Assembly (NCBI GenBank): GCA_002691605.1
Contig: NZID01000063.1
Location: forward strand, 1 to 58,311
Reading direction: 5' to 3'
Source: Crocinitomicaceae bacterium
GTDB taxonomy: Bacteria; Bacteroidota; Bacteroidia; Flavobacteriales_D; Parvicellaceae
Length of the DNA stretch: 58,311 bases
Below the pieces are notes generated by a model that was not told where the DNA came from, did not search any database, and saw nothing but the letters and a program-made list of their open reading frames with translations. Positions 39,302 to 49,772 of this stretch are shown here, piece after piece. Made by a program: the position numbers and the translations under genes. Position 1 is the stretch's first letter, and every line of letters begins with the position of its first letter.

Positions 39302-41803
39302 TTAATTAGCGTTAATAATTTGAAGTATTCCTTGGTTTTTTTCTTTTCCACCATCAAAAGTAATAAAGAAGAAATAACTGCCATCAGATAGAGGTCTTCC
39401 CATTAAATCAGTTCCGTTCCAATTATTCTGATAACTAAAAGACTCATAAACAATTTTCCCCCATCTATTAAAAACAATAAAATTTACATCATTATAAATA
39501 GCTGCAAAATGAGTATAAAAAAAATCATTTTCACCATCACCATTAGGCGTTATTACATTAGGTATTTCACATCTTTCAATTACCAATTCATTGGAAGTTA
39601 TTTCTTCTCCACATTCATTAGAAACTCTTAAATAGATAGGATGAGATCCAATTGTGTAGGTATTGCTATTTAAAATTAGAGAATCTCCTTCTGAAATTAA
39701 ACTATCTAAATCATCTAACCATTCATAGGTAAATTCATTATTGGTATTAGAAATTACTGATAACACATCTTCACCAATACAAAAAGTATCTAAACTAAAG
39801 TCATGAGCGTCAGGTAATTCTTTGAACTCTATAGTATGTATTAAGGTATCATTACAAAATATATCGTGTAAACCCATGTAATAAATTCCTGGATCGGAAA
39901 CGGTTATTATGGGATTAGCTATATTATTATTAGGATCAAAAGTTATAGTTCCATCATCGCTGTAATAAAGCCAATTTCCACCTACAGGTGGCAGATAATT
40001 CCCAGAATAATTAAAAAAATCATCACAAGTTGTCGTATCTCCAATGATTGATCCTCCTTGAAGAGTTTGAACCGTTATAACAGTATCATAAAAGCAACCG
40101 TACTCGTCTTGGGCAACAAAAGTATAATTGTTGGGACCCAACATATTAGGTTGCACTATAATATTGGTGTCTTGATTAGAAATTATGGTCGAATCTGGTA
40201 ACCAATTAACAGAGCTTATTAATGGTGCGTATGTTTCACTATTTGGGTGAAGGGTGCTATTAAAATAAATACCCCATTCACATATATATCCATCGTCAAT
40301 ACCTATATTATCTCTGACTGTTAAAGTCCAAGTTCCATTAATTGGACAACCCTGTAAAGAGGGAGTATAATTTTGTTCAGGATTATATTGACCAGGTACA
40401 ACCATTTGACCTATACTGGGACCAGTAGCAGTTGTAGTTGAATATCCGTTTACCCAAGCTGGCAAGGAAGAAGCATCGTTAGAAAAACAATATTCTTCGC
40501 AGTAGCCAATATTACCTGTATTGTTATCGTATGCACCGCCTAAAAAAGTACTACTTCCTCCAAAGCCTCCAGGGAAAAGACCATTTCCTGAATAGCTATT
40601 GAATATATTTACATTTTGACCATTTGGACAAGTCAACATCATTTCTAAATCGCCCAGGTAAGAATGTTCCATTTTTACACACATTTTTTCAATATCTGTT
40701 GGATTTTGAATAGTGATTCCTGGTGTAAACCCTGAAATATTAATAGTGGTTGTATAATTAATTCCAGAACCGTCTGGTAAATATGTTTGAGCACCAAATA
40801 CTCCACTAATTGGAAAGTTTGTTGGAACTGGGTCTACTCCAACAGTATCTGCTCCAGTAACCCCTCCAAAAAGCTGAGTAACTCTTCCCAAACAAATTGG
40901 AGATTGTGCAGGTCCGCACGTAGAAAAGTCAGGCTGTGTAGAGACTCTTATTTTACAAAAACTATATTGAAATTGTCCTAACGGATCTTCAATTTTTAAA
41001 GTTAAAAAATATCCATTTCTAGCAGATGGCGAAAAAAGGAAAGAATTAGTATTAAATGTTGTGCCATTACTTAATTCCCACGTTACTGTATAATTATTAG
41101 ACTGCATATATCCACCGCCACTAAGAGCTGCAGAATCTCCGCCAGGTTCATATGGAAAGTAAGGCTCAGCAACAAATTCAATAATGTCACCAAAACAAAT
41201 ATCTACATATCCAGTATCTACCGGATTTAAATCACTTATTGTGTCATTACTTCCATTTGCATTTCCAGTTATGTAAGCACTTATGTGATTACTATAAGGT
41301 TGAATTAAATTGGCACAAGACAAATTGGCATCCCACCCAGAACCTTCAGAAATGCCGTCACTGACAAATTTAAAAGTCAAACAGCCAGAAATGTTACTCC
41401 ATGATGCTGAAATATTAATCCCATTTGGAAAAGTACTATCATTAATAGCAGCCAAGATTGGGGCATTAACAGAATTTCCATCGTATACATAAAGAGTGTC
41501 AGAGGGGTCTATATTTAATGTGTATCCAGCATTAATTCCAAACGCAACAACCATTTTAGAACCACTTCCGTCTGGACAAAGAGTAATTACTTCAGTCTCA
41601 TTAGAATTATAAGAACCTGTCGAGCCACCAGAATCAAAAAAATTTAAAAATGAACCGTTATTAAAATCATTGGAACAATTACATGCCCCATTACTTGAAT
41701 TTACAATCCAGTCTGAATCATTAATTTGTACAGTGGGTTGGCTCCAAAAAAAACAGGGACATATAGTAAATATTATAATTATATTTTTAAATAAATAATT
41801 CAT
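39302..41803 (-). CDS. large secreted protein with proprotein-convertase P-domain and type B T9SS (gliding-motility-associated) C-terminal domain
   Basis: Signal peptide. Possible CUB-like N-terminal module (..VITLCPDGSGSKMVVAFG...DTLYVYDGNS..). P-domain signature MEHSYLGDLEMMLTCPNGQNV. The C-terminal NVITPNGDGENDFF...VFNRWGKIVY...WNGTD...GSYFF matches the type B CTD. No protease catalytic domain is visible. Confidence 0.75.
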   Translation of the reverse strand: MNYLFKNIIIIFTICPCFFWSQPTVQINDSDWIVNSSNGACNCSNDFNNGSFLNFFDSGGSTGSYNSNETEVITLCPDGSGSKMVVAFGINAGYTLNIDPSDTLYVYDGNSVNAPILAAINDSTFPNGINISASWSNISGCLTFKFVSDGISEGSGWDANLSCANLIQPYSNHISAYITGNANGSNDTISDLNPVDTGYVDICFGDIIEFVAEPYFPYEPGGDSAALSGGGYMQSNNYTVTWELSNGTTFNTNSFLFSPSARNGYFLTLKIEDPLGQFQYSFCKIRVSTQPDFSTCGPAQSPICLGRVTQLFGGVTGADTVGVDPVPTNFPISGVFGAQTYLPDGSGINYTTTINISGFTPGITIQNPTDIEKMCVKMEHSYLGDLEMMLTCPNGQNVNIFNSYSGNGLFPGGFGGSSTFLGGAYDNNTGNIGYCEEYCFSNDASSLPAWVNGYSTTTATGPSIGQMVVPGQYNPEQNYTPSLQGCPINGTWTLTVRDNIGIDDGYICEWGIYFNSTLHPNSETYAPLISSVNWLPDSTIISNQDTNIIVQPNMLGPNNYTFVAQDEYGCFYDTVITVQTLQGGSIIGDTTTCDDFFNYSGNYLPPVGGNWLYYSDDGTITFDPNNNIANPIITVSDPGIYYMGLHDIFCNDTLIHTIEFKELPDAHDFSLDTFCIGEDVLSVISNTNNEFTYEWLDDLDSLISEGDSLILNSNTYTIGSHPIYLRVSNECGEEITSNELVIERCEIPNVITPNGDGENDFFYTHFAAIYNDVNFIVFNRWGKIVYESFSYQNNWNGTDLMGRPLSDGSYFFFITFDGGKEKNQGILQIINAN

Positions 41804-42153
41804 TATTTATTCATATGTTTTTTAATATGATTAATAGATTTTAATACTAAAATGACTTTTTGGTCACTAATTAAATAATATCTATAATCATTCATACTAA
41901 AATTTAAATTAATATGATTCAAATCTATTTTTGAGGTATCAATATTATTTAACGTACCTGAGAGTCTGTTTTGATAATTTTTTTCTTTTGGAATATCAAT
42001 AAAATAGTAGCCATGGTTTTGAATAAAAAGCTGATTTTCTTTATTATTTAAAAATAAGGTTACCTCTTCTTCTAAATGTTGGGAAAATGAAGAAATTGAC
42101 TGGAAAAAGAATACTATAATTATTGCGGACCTCATGAAAAATCGAAAATACAA
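41803..42153 (-). CDS. small secreted hypothetical protein
   Basis: 116 aa with a signal peptide (SAIIIVFFFQSISSFSQ). Its stop overlaps the start of the 833-aa T9SS protein by 1 nt (TAATG type). Confidence 0.45.
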   Translation of the reverse strand: MYFRFFMRSAIIIVFFFQSISSFSQHLEEEVTLFLNNKENQLFIQNHGYYFIDIPKEKNYQNRLSGTLNNIDTSKIDLNHINLNFSMNDYRYYLISDQKVILVLKSINHIKKHMNK

Positions 42154-42228
42154 TTTTATTTTTAATAGTTAATTTTAAAATAGTTACTCAAAGTTTTTAA
42201 CACTGCTATTCACGATGAACTATATGTT

Positions 42229-42236
42229 TATTTTTG
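42229..42236 (+). promoter_or_regulatory. putative -7 box (TAnnTTTG) for the transketolase-VWA operon
   Basis: TATTTTTG, 20 nt upstream of the ATG at 42257. Confidence 0.4.
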
Positions 42237-42256
42237 TAAATAACAATAATAAAATT

Positions 42257-43096
42257 ATGAACAATAATTTCCTAGAAGAATTTGCTACTCAAATAAGAAG
42301 AGATATTGTTAGAATGGTCCATGCTCAGAATTCTGGTCACCCTGGTGGGTCTTTGGGATGTGTAGAGTTTTTTACTGTTCTTTTCAACACAATTTTAAAT
42401 CACAATACTAACTTTTCAATGGATGGTAATAATGAAGATTTATTTTTTTTATCAAACGGACATATTTCTCCAGTCTATTATGCAACTTTAGCAAGAATCG
42501 GATATTTTCCAATTAATGAACTGAATACATTTAGAAAAATTGATTCTAGACTTCAGGGGCATCCAACAACACATGAAGGATTACCTGGAGTCAGAATTGC
42601 AAGCGGATCACTCGGACAAGGTTTAAGTGTTGCAATAGGAGCTGCAACTTCTAAAAAATTAAATAAGGACTCTAGTTTAATTTATACTCTTCACGGGGAT
42701 GGAGAATTACAAGAAGGTCAAATATGGGAAGCAGCTATGTACGCGTCTGCTAAAAAAATAGATAATTTAATAGCAACCATCGATTATAATGGAAGACAAA
42801 TAGATGGAGATGTTGACGATGTTATTTCGTTGGGGAATTTAGAAGCTAAATGGGCAGCTTTTGGTTGGAAAACTATTGCCTGTAATGGAAATAATATCAA
42901 AGAACTATATAACACATTAGAAAAAGCTAAATCTCTATCTGGAAAAGGACAACCAATTATGATTATAATGAAAACGGAAATGGGAAATGGTGTAGATTAT
43001 ATGATGGGATCACATCGTTGGCATGGAATAGCTCCAAATGACGAACAATTAGAAATTGCATTAAGTCAAAATAAAGAGACACTAGGTGATTATTAA
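42257..43096 (+). CDS. transketolase, N-terminal (TPP-binding) subunit
   Basis: SGHPGGSLG and GDGELQEGQIWEA motifs. I prefer the ATG at 42257 because a TATTTTTG -7 box lies downstream of the track start at 42215. Confidence 0.85.
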   Translation: MNNNFLEEFATQIRRDIVRMVHAQNSGHPGGSLGCVEFFTVLFNTILNHNTNFSMDGNNEDLFFLSNGHISPVYYATLARIGYFPINELNTFRKIDSRLQGHPTTHEGLPGVRIASGSLGQGLSVAIGAATSKKLNKDSSLIYTLHGDGELQEGQIWEAAMYASAKKIDNLIATIDYNGRQIDGDVDDVISLGNLEAKWAAFGWKTIACNGNNIKELYNTLEKAKSLSGKGQPIMIIMKTEMGNGVDYMMGSHRWHGIAPNDEQLEIALSQNKETLGDY

Positions 43097-43121
43097 TACT
43101 ATAAAAGATAAAGTTCTCTGA

Positions 43122-44501
43122 ATGATCAAATATTTAAAAATTTTATTAATAATTGGATTTGGATATCTCTTTACTGAAACCAAAGCTCAAGAAAGTGAAG
43201 GTAAAATAAGAATCCTTTTCATTTTCGATGGTTCGAATAGTATGAATGCTCAGTGGGAAAAGAGTAGTAAAATTTCTATAGCTAAAAGTTTAATGATTCA
43301 AACAATGGATAGCCTGAGATCTCTAGAAAATATTGAATTAGCTCTTAGAATTTACGGACATCAAAGTAAAATACTTCCTGGCAAACAAGATTGTTCTGAC
43401 ACTAAACTTGAAGTTCCTTTTGCTAGTGCTAATGATAATTATCAAAATATTATTAATGAAATAAGAAGATTACAACCTAAAGGCACTACTCCTATCGCAA
43501 GATCTCTTGAATATTCAGCTGAAGATTTTCCTTCTTGTGATGATTGTAGGAATTTTATAATTTTAATTACAGATGGCATGGAGGCTTGTGATGAAGATCC
43601 CTGTGCAGTTGCTATAGCCTTAAAAGAAAAAAATATTAAGCTAAAACCATTTGTTATTGGACTGGGGTTAGATACTTCTTACTTAAGTCAATTTCAATGT
43701 ATAGGTGAATTTTTGAGTGCTGAGAATGAAGATTCGTTTAAAAGTGTATTAAAATTTGTAATAAGTCAAGCATTAAATAATACAACAGCTCAAATCAATT
43801 TAAATAACCTTAATAATCTTCCAAAAGAAACTGATGTAACAATGAGCTTATATAATTCATATAATGGACAGTTGTTACATACTTATGTCCACACTTTGAA
43901 CAGATATAATAATCCTGATACTTTGTCATTAGATCCACTCTACACCTATAAATTAGTAGTTCATACGGTTCCTGAAATAATTTTAGATAGTATAAAATTA
44001 ATACCTGGAAAACATACTATTATCAATGTCAGTTCTCCTTTGGGAAAGTTAAATCTTAAAATAAGTGGTTACGACAATCCATACAACGGAATTAATTGTT
44101 TAATTAAGAATAATAATGAAAACCATATTCTAAATGTTCAAAAAATGAATTCTTCAAAGAGATATTTAGTTGGAGAATATGATTTGGAAATTTTAACACT
44201 TCCTAGAATTTATTTTGATAAAATTAATATAAAGCAAAGTACAAGTACGGATATTATTATCCCACTATATGGCTCTATTCAAGTTAATAAATCAGGAGGA
44301 CCAGCTGCTCTATTTATCAAAAGTAAGGGAGAGAATGTATGGGTTTATGATTTTGCGGAAGAAAGATGTATCAAAAATTTAAATATCCAACCTGGAAAAT
44401 ATTTCATAAGTTTTAGAAGTAATCGTTCTAATAGTACAGCACATACTATTTTAAAAGAGTTCAAAATAACTTCTGGGCAAAATATAAATCTTAAACTATG
44501 A
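43122..44501 (+). CDS. secreted von Willebrand factor A (VWA) domain protein with beta-rich C-terminal domain
   Basis: Signal peptide. MIDAS D-x-S-x-S (FDGSNSM), GTTPIARSLE and IILITDGMEAC, plus multiple Cys near the VWA domain. Confidence 0.75.
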   Translation: MIKYLKILLIIGFGYLFTETKAQESEGKIRILFIFDGSNSMNAQWEKSSKISIAKSLMIQTMDSLRSLENIELALRIYGHQSKILPGKQDCSDTKLEVPFASANDNYQNIINEIRRLQPKGTTPIARSLEYSAEDFPSCDDCRNFIILITDGMEACDEDPCAVAIALKEKNIKLKPFVIGLGLDTSYLSQFQCIGEFLSAENEDSFKSVLKFVISQALNNTTAQINLNNLNNLPKETDVTMSLYNSYNGQLLHTYVHTLNRYNNPDTLSLDPLYTYKLVVHTVPEIILDSIKLIPGKHTIINVSSPLGKLNLKISGYDNPYNGINCLIKNNNENHILNVQKMNSSKRYLVGEYDLEILTLPRIYFDKINIKQSTSTDIIIPLYGSIQVNKSGGPAALFIKSKGENVWVYDFAEERCIKNLNIQPGKYFISFRSNRSNSTAHTILKEFKITSGQNINLKL

Positions 44502-45448
44502 AAATTGAAATTTTAGGAAACAGTGACACTCGATCAGGATTTGGAGCAGGTCTTTCTGAGTTAGGTAGAACTAATGAAAATGTAGTTGCTTTGTGCGCAG
44601 ATTTAACAGGTTCTTTAAAAATGAATGACTTTAAAGACCAATTTCCTGAAAGATTTTTTCAAATTGGAATTGCAGAAGCTAATATGATGGGAATTGCTGC
44701 TGGAATGACCATAGGAGGGAAAATTCCATTTACCGGTACTTTTGCCAATTTTTCAACCAGTAGAGTTTATGACCAGGTTCGACAATCAATAGCCTATTCC
44801 AATAAAAATGTAAAAATTTGCGCTTCTCATGCGGGTTTAACACTAGGAGAAGACGGGGCAACACATCAAGTCTTAGAAGATATTGGAATGATGAAAATGT
44901 TACCAGGAATTACTGTTATTAATCCTTGTGATTACAACCAAACCAAAGCAGCTACTTTAGCAATAGCCAATCATATTGGACCCGTTTATTTAAGATTTGG
45001 ACGTCCAAAAGTACCTATTTTTATTCCGAAAGATGCTCCTTTCGTAATTGGCAAAGCTTTACTACTTCAAGAAGGAACCGATGTTTCTATTTTTGCAACA
45101 GGTCACTTAGTTTGGGAAGCTGTGGAAGCTGCTCGAACTTTAGCTAAAGAAGGATTATCCGTTGAATTAATTAACATTCACACCATTAAACCTTTAGATA
45201 ATGAAAGCATATTAAGATCTGTAGCCAAAACAAAATGTGTGGTAACTGCAGAAGAACATCAAGTAGCTGGTGGAATGGGAGAATCAATAGCTCAATTACT
45301 AGCCAATAACCATCCACTTCCAATGGAATTTGTAGCAGTTAATGATCAATTTGGAGAAAGTGGAAACCCAGCCGATCTTATGAAAAAATATGGTTTACAT
45401 TCTACAGACATTATCAAAGCAACCCGTCGAGTTTTAAAGCGAAAATAA
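44498..45448 (+). CDS. transketolase, C-terminal (pyrimidine-binding) subunit
   Basis: GIAEANMMG and GEDGATHQ motifs; 316 aa. The start overlaps the VWA gene stop as ATGA. Confidence 0.85.
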   Translation: MKIEILGNSDTRSGFGAGLSELGRTNENVVALCADLTGSLKMNDFKDQFPERFFQIGIAEANMMGIAAGMTIGGKIPFTGTFANFSTSRVYDQVRQSIAYSNKNVKICASHAGLTLGEDGATHQVLEDIGMMKMLPGITVINPCDYNQTKAATLAIANHIGPVYLRFGRPKVPIFIPKDAPFVIGKALLLQEGTDVSIFATGHLVWEAVEAARTLAKEGLSVELINIHTIKPLDNESILRSVAKTKCVVTAEEHQVAGGMGESIAQLLANNHPLPMEFVAVNDQFGESGNPADLMKKYGLHSTDIIKATRRVLKRK

Positions 45449-45506
45449 TCACCTCTAAATACTTTTTAATCAATAGAATAAATTATCCTTTAAAAAAAAT
45501 GAAAAT

Positions 45507-45992
45507 ATGAAACCTTTAATTGAACCCAGAAAAACTGTTGTCCTTGTTTTAATTTATTTAATCTCTACATTAACCTTAGCTCAAAGCGAAAACAATATTT
45601 CAAATCCAAAAAATGAAAATAGAAAGGCTCAAAAAATTGCATTTTTTAATGCGAAAATGAACTTAAATGAAGAAGAATCTAAAGCATTTTGGCCTGTTGT
45701 TAGTGATATGCAAAAAGAATTAAAAGATCTTAAAAATAAAAATAATCATTACAGAACGATGTTAAAGAATAAAAAAACAGAAGAATTATCCGATAGTGAA
45801 TTAGAAGAAATTGTGGACTCTAGAATACAAATGGGTAAAGATCAGATGGATATAAAAATAAAATACCATCAGAAATTTAAAGAAGTACTTCCCATTCAAA
45901 AAGTAGCAAAGTATTATCAAGGTGTTAAAGAATTTAAAAAAATACAGTCAGAAAGAAAAAAGCAACACAACAATCCAGGAGAAAGAAAATGA
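45507..45992 (+). CDS. secreted Lys/Glu-rich helical hypothetical protein
   Basis: Signal peptide (VVLVLIYLISTLTLAQS), then charged helical sequence (LNEEESKAFWPVVSDMQKELKDL). This vaguely resembles the periplasmic Spy/CpxP-like LTXXQ class, but no confident family can be assigned. Confidence 0.4.
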   Translation: MKPLIEPRKTVVLVLIYLISTLTLAQSENNISNPKNENRKAQKIAFFNAKMNLNEEESKAFWPVVSDMQKELKDLKNKNNHYRTMLKNKKTEELSDSELEEIVDSRIQMGKDQMDIKIKYHQKFKEVLPIQKVAKYYQGVKEFKKIQSERKKQHNNPGERK

Positions 45993-46007
45993 TAATACTT
46001 TTAAGTA

Positions 46008-46907
46008 GTGAAAATTAAATATTGGATTAAAGCCGCTAGACTAAGAACACTCCCTTTATCTTTTTCTTGTATTCTATTGTCTTCTTCATTAGTGATGATA
46101 AATCATATAGAATTATCCTACAAAATACTTTTTCTTGCCCTTACAACTACTCTACTACTTCAAATAGTATCCAATTTTGCCAATGATTATGGCGATGCAA
46201 TAAAGGGAGCAGATAAAAATAGAACCGGGGAAGAAAGAATGGTACAATCAGGAAAAATTTCTAAATTCCAAATGAAAGTGGCAATTGTAATTTTAAGCAT
46301 TATAACTTTAACTGTTGGACTTTACTTGATTTTTAGTGTATTTCATACAGACATTTATAAAATATCAATTTTTCTAGTTCTTGGAATTAGCTCTATTATA
46401 GCTGCTATAAAATATACCGTTGGTAAGTATGCTTACGGATATAAAGCTTATGGAGATTTATCGGTTTTTATTTTTTTTGGAATGGTAGGAGTTATAGGCA
46501 GTTATTATTTATTTACTAAAAACTTTCATTGGATAACTATTCCGGGTGCATTATTTACTGGACTTATGAGTTGTGGAGTTCTTAATTTAAATAACATGAG
46601 AGATTATGAAAATGATTTAATAAACAACAAAAATACTTTAGTTGTAAAAATGGGAATACATAAATCCAAAAAATATCATTTTCTATTACTATTTTTATCA
46701 ATAAGTTCACTTCTTACAATTATTTTGTTCAGCCAAAATTATTACTACATAATTTCCATGTTTCCGCTAATTTTTGTGATTAGACACCTGATACACTTGA
46801 ACAAATATCAAGACATGAAATTACTGGACAGTCAACTCAAAGTAATTGCAATTAGCTGCTTTGGATGCAGTTTTATAAGTCTAATAATTGGGCTTTTAGT
46901 TAATTGA
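46008..46907 (+). CDS. menA: 1,4-dihydroxy-2-naphthoate polyprenyltransferase
   Basis: UbiA-family membrane protein with an N-x-x-x-D-x-x-x-D motif (NFANDYGDAIKGAD). GTG start at 46008. Confidence 0.85.
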   Translation: MKIKYWIKAARLRTLPLSFSCILLSSSLVMINHIELSYKILFLALTTTLLLQIVSNFANDYGDAIKGADKNRTGEERMVQSGKISKFQMKVAIVILSIITLTVGLYLIFSVFHTDIYKISIFLVLGISSIIAAIKYTVGKYAYGYKAYGDLSVFIFFGMVGVIGSYYLFTKNFHWITIPGALFTGLMSCGVLNLNNMRDYENDLINNKNTLVVKMGIHKSKKYHFLLLFLSISSLLTIILFSQNYYYIISMFPLIFVIRHLIHLNKYQDMKLLDSQLKVIAISCFGCSFISLIIGLLVN

Positions 46908-47943
46908 TTTTTTCTAAAGACAACCAAGAAATATACATTTTTTTATATTTTTCATGTTCTACGTTGGTTGATGAAAAATTATGATATCCAGAATAAGATG
47001 GTTTGGCACACATAAATATATAATCGTGTTTAGAATAGTTTAAAACTGCATCAATTACTCTAGGATCTACAATACATATTGGTCCCGGTGGCAAACCCTT
47101 GTATTTATAGGTATTGTAAGGCGAGTCCACTTCCAAATGTTTGTAATACAATCTTCTTAAAGTGGGCATTTTCAAAGCAAACTTAACAGTTGGATCAGCC
47201 TGTAGTTTCATGCCTTTTTGAAGTCTATTTATATATAGACCTGCAATTTTAGAATGTTCATCAAATTTAATTTGTTGTTCCATTTGAACTATGGAAGCTA
47301 AAATGGTTACTTCTGATTGACTTAATCCAATAATATTTGCTTTTTTTATTCTGTTTGAATTCCAAAATTTTTTGTATTCATTTCTAAATAATTTAAATAA
47401 CCCTTTAGCATTTAAATTACTATAGACCTCATAGGTATTGGGAATAATTATTGTAGAAAAATTAAGAGTTGAAAAACCATAATTCCTAGCTAAATTCTCA
47501 TCTCTAAATTTATTATAAATCGCTGATGTATCAATGGCTATTTGAGTGGCTATTTTTCTTATCACCGTTTTTAAATTTCTAGCTGATGGAACATACAAAT
47601 CAATGATATTTTGATTTCTCATTATGTATAATTGATTAACTAACTTATTAGTTGACCAATTTCGATTAATGGTGTATTTCCCCTTATTTAGATATTCATT
47701 AGAATAACCTTTATATTCTATTAAAGAATTAATTGTTTTTGAATTCATTAAAATTTTATTTTCTATTAAAAAATTACCTAAATCATTGAATAATAAATTT
47801 TCATTTAAATTTAAATTGACTTTCTCTGAGTTGGATATAATTTCTTTTTTATCCTTGTTTAAGTATAAATAAATCAAGGGCGATGAATAATACCCCATCA
47901 GACCTACAGAAACAATAAGAAATAAATAAATTAATTTCTTCAA
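46900..47943 (-). CDS. mltG: endolytic murein transglycosylase MltG (YceG-like)
   Basis: N-terminal TM anchor and C-terminal ASIVQMEQ...LQADPTV...YNTYKYKGLPPGPI motifs of the YceG/MltG family. Confidence 0.85.
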   Translation of the reverse strand: MKKLIYLFLIVSVGLMGYYSSPLIYLYLNKDKKEIISNSEKVNLNLNENLLFNDLGNFLIENKILMNSKTINSLIEYKGYSNEYLNKGKYTINRNWSTNKLVNQLYIMRNQNIIDLYVPSARNLKTVIRKIATQIAIDTSAIYNKFRDENLARNYGFSTLNFSTIIIPNTYEVYSNLNAKGLFKLFRNEYKKFWNSNRIKKANIIGLSQSEVTILASIVQMEQQIKFDEHSKIAGLYINRLQKGMKLQADPTVKFALKMPTLRRLYYKHLEVDSPYNTYKYKGLPPGPICIVDPRVIDAVLNYSKHDYIFMCAKPSYSGYHNFSSTNVEHEKYKKMYISWLSLEKIN

Positions 47944-49772
47944 TTTTTTGAAAGTTGATTTAATTGGAAATTTTTAAGATTATAAAATTTTACAATAGTA
48001 TTTTCTAAACCACTATTTGTATCAATTTTTTTGAAATTAACATCAGTTTTTAGACCCGGGTATATTTTATCATATTTATTATTAGAGAAAGCATTTAAAA
48101 AAACAGAATGAACAATGTCATATCCATCAAAAACTAATTGAGTTGGTTCTGCTGAAAAATAATTTTGATACCTTTCAATGAAATTTTTTACTTTAGATGA
48201 CTCGTAATCAATTAAACCAACAGAAGAAAAATGTAAATTGAATTTATTTTTATAGTTTACATCAATTGTATTTAATCTAAATAATTCCTCAAATCCAAAA
48301 ATAGTAAATTTTGAATTATAATGGTTTTGTGAATTTGAGAATTCAATAATTTGATTAAAAGCATAAGTTAAGAACGGTATTTGATTAGAACATATTACAA
48401 ATAAATTATTTTTGTCTTGAGACAATAATTCATGAAGGTTTTCCCAATCTTCTCCCCTTTTAACCAAATTAGGAAATATAGAATCTTTTTGAGCCATAAT
48501 TGTATCTTCAAAAAATAAGGAATCATTGTAAACGTCAGAAAATATTCTAGAATAAGTCTTACTTTTTCGATCGTCTATATCGGATATTATTAGAATATTA
48601 TCTTCTAAATTATTCATTTTAAGAAGGTTAGCCATTTCTTTTGATTGGGTTGATCTAGAGGCCTTTAATTTATATAAATCTGGATAGTTAAAAAGAGCTT
48701 GGCTAGGTATATTGTAAAGAGAAATCATAGGAACTCTATGGAACTTAGAAAAAGCTCTAACTAATTTTATATTTTTAGAATATATTGGTCCGATGATTAA
48801 ATCAGATTCCAACATTAGGGAATCCTTTAAAATCTCATTAACAAAGTTAGTATCATATCGTGTATCATAAAGAGTTAATTCAAGGTTATATCCTTGACTT
48901 TTAAGTTCTTCTAAAGCCATTTTAATACCATTATATATCAAGACTGATCTTTCAGTAGATCTATTAATATCACAAGTGATATTTTCTGGACAATTTTCTA
49001 TTATGGAATCAGAATCGTCAATAAAAAATGGCAAAAGAACAGAAATATTTAAAATAGGATCTACGATAGCATTAGAATCAGCAAATAATTGCTGTGGAAT
49101 TATATTAACAGAATCTTCTTTACAATCAAATAACCTGTAAATTATTTTTAACTCTTGTCCTTTTTTTAAACCTTTATTTTCTAAAAAAACATTGCTTTCT
49201 ATAATTTTATCTAATCCAATCCCATATTTTTTAGATATTGAATAAAGAGTTTCCTTTTTTTTGACCTTATGAATTATCAAAGTATCACATTTTTTAAGTA
49301 AAGGATGGTCAACATGTTTAATCATGGGGGTAATTTCGTTAATTGTGTCTGTTATTATATTAGGAATTAACAAAACTTGATCTAGAGTCAAATCATTGGA
49401 TTTCAATTGATTATATGACTTAATTAAAGAAAATTGAACTCCGTACATTTTTGAAATCGACCAAAGAGTCTCCCCTTTATTTACTATGTGTTTTTTTGCT
49501 GTAGAATCTTTATCATTGCTTTTCTGAGTGATAAAAACAGGAATAGGAATTTTTACAATTTCCCCCTTACTTAAACCCTTTGAGGCTTCTGGATTGACAG
49601 AGAAAAAATCATTTAACTTAATCTGATATTTTTTAGCTATGCCATAACTCGTTTCGCCCTTTAAAACGGTATGTAATTTATAATGATTAGAATCAAGATC
49701 TTGAGCTATAGAAATAGCACTGATTAAAATAAAAAAAATGCTAAATAGTAGTATATGTTTTTTTATTCCCAT
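47940..49772 (-). CDS. LysM-repeat protein fused to a type 1 periplasmic-binding-protein-like domain
   Basis: Signal peptide. Three LysM-like units ([48 protein letters not shown]) are followed by about 350 aa resembling the Leu/Ile/Val-binding (PBP1) fold. Confidence 0.65.
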   Translation of the reverse strand: MGIKKHILLFSIFFILISAISIAQDLDSNHYKLHTVLKGETSYGIAKKYQIKLNDFFSVNPEASKGLSKGEIVKIPIPVFITQKSNDKDSTAKKHIVNKGETLWSISKMYGVQFSLIKSYNQLKSNDLTLDQVLLIPNIITDTINEITPMIKHVDHPLLKKCDTLIIHKVKKKETLYSISKKYGIGLDKIIESNVFLENKGLKKGQELKIIYRLFDCKEDSVNIIPQQLFADSNAIVDPILNISVLLPFFIDDSDSIIENCPENITCDINRSTERSVLIYNGIKMALEELKSQGYNLELTLYDTRYDTNFVNEILKDSLMLESDLIIGPIYSKNIKLVRAFSKFHRVPMISLYNIPSQALFNYPDLYKLKASRSTQSKEMANLLKMNNLEDNILIISDIDDRKSKTYSRIFSDVYNDSLFFEDTIMAQKDSIFPNLVKRGEDWENLHELLSQDKNNLFVICSNQIPFLTYAFNQIIEFSNSQNHYNSKFTIFGFEELFRLNTIDVNYKNKFNLHFSSVGLIDYESSKVKNFIERYQNYFSAEPTQLVFDGYDIVHSVFLNAFSNNKYDKIYPGLKTDVNFKKIDTNSGLENTIVKFYNLKNFQLNQLSKN

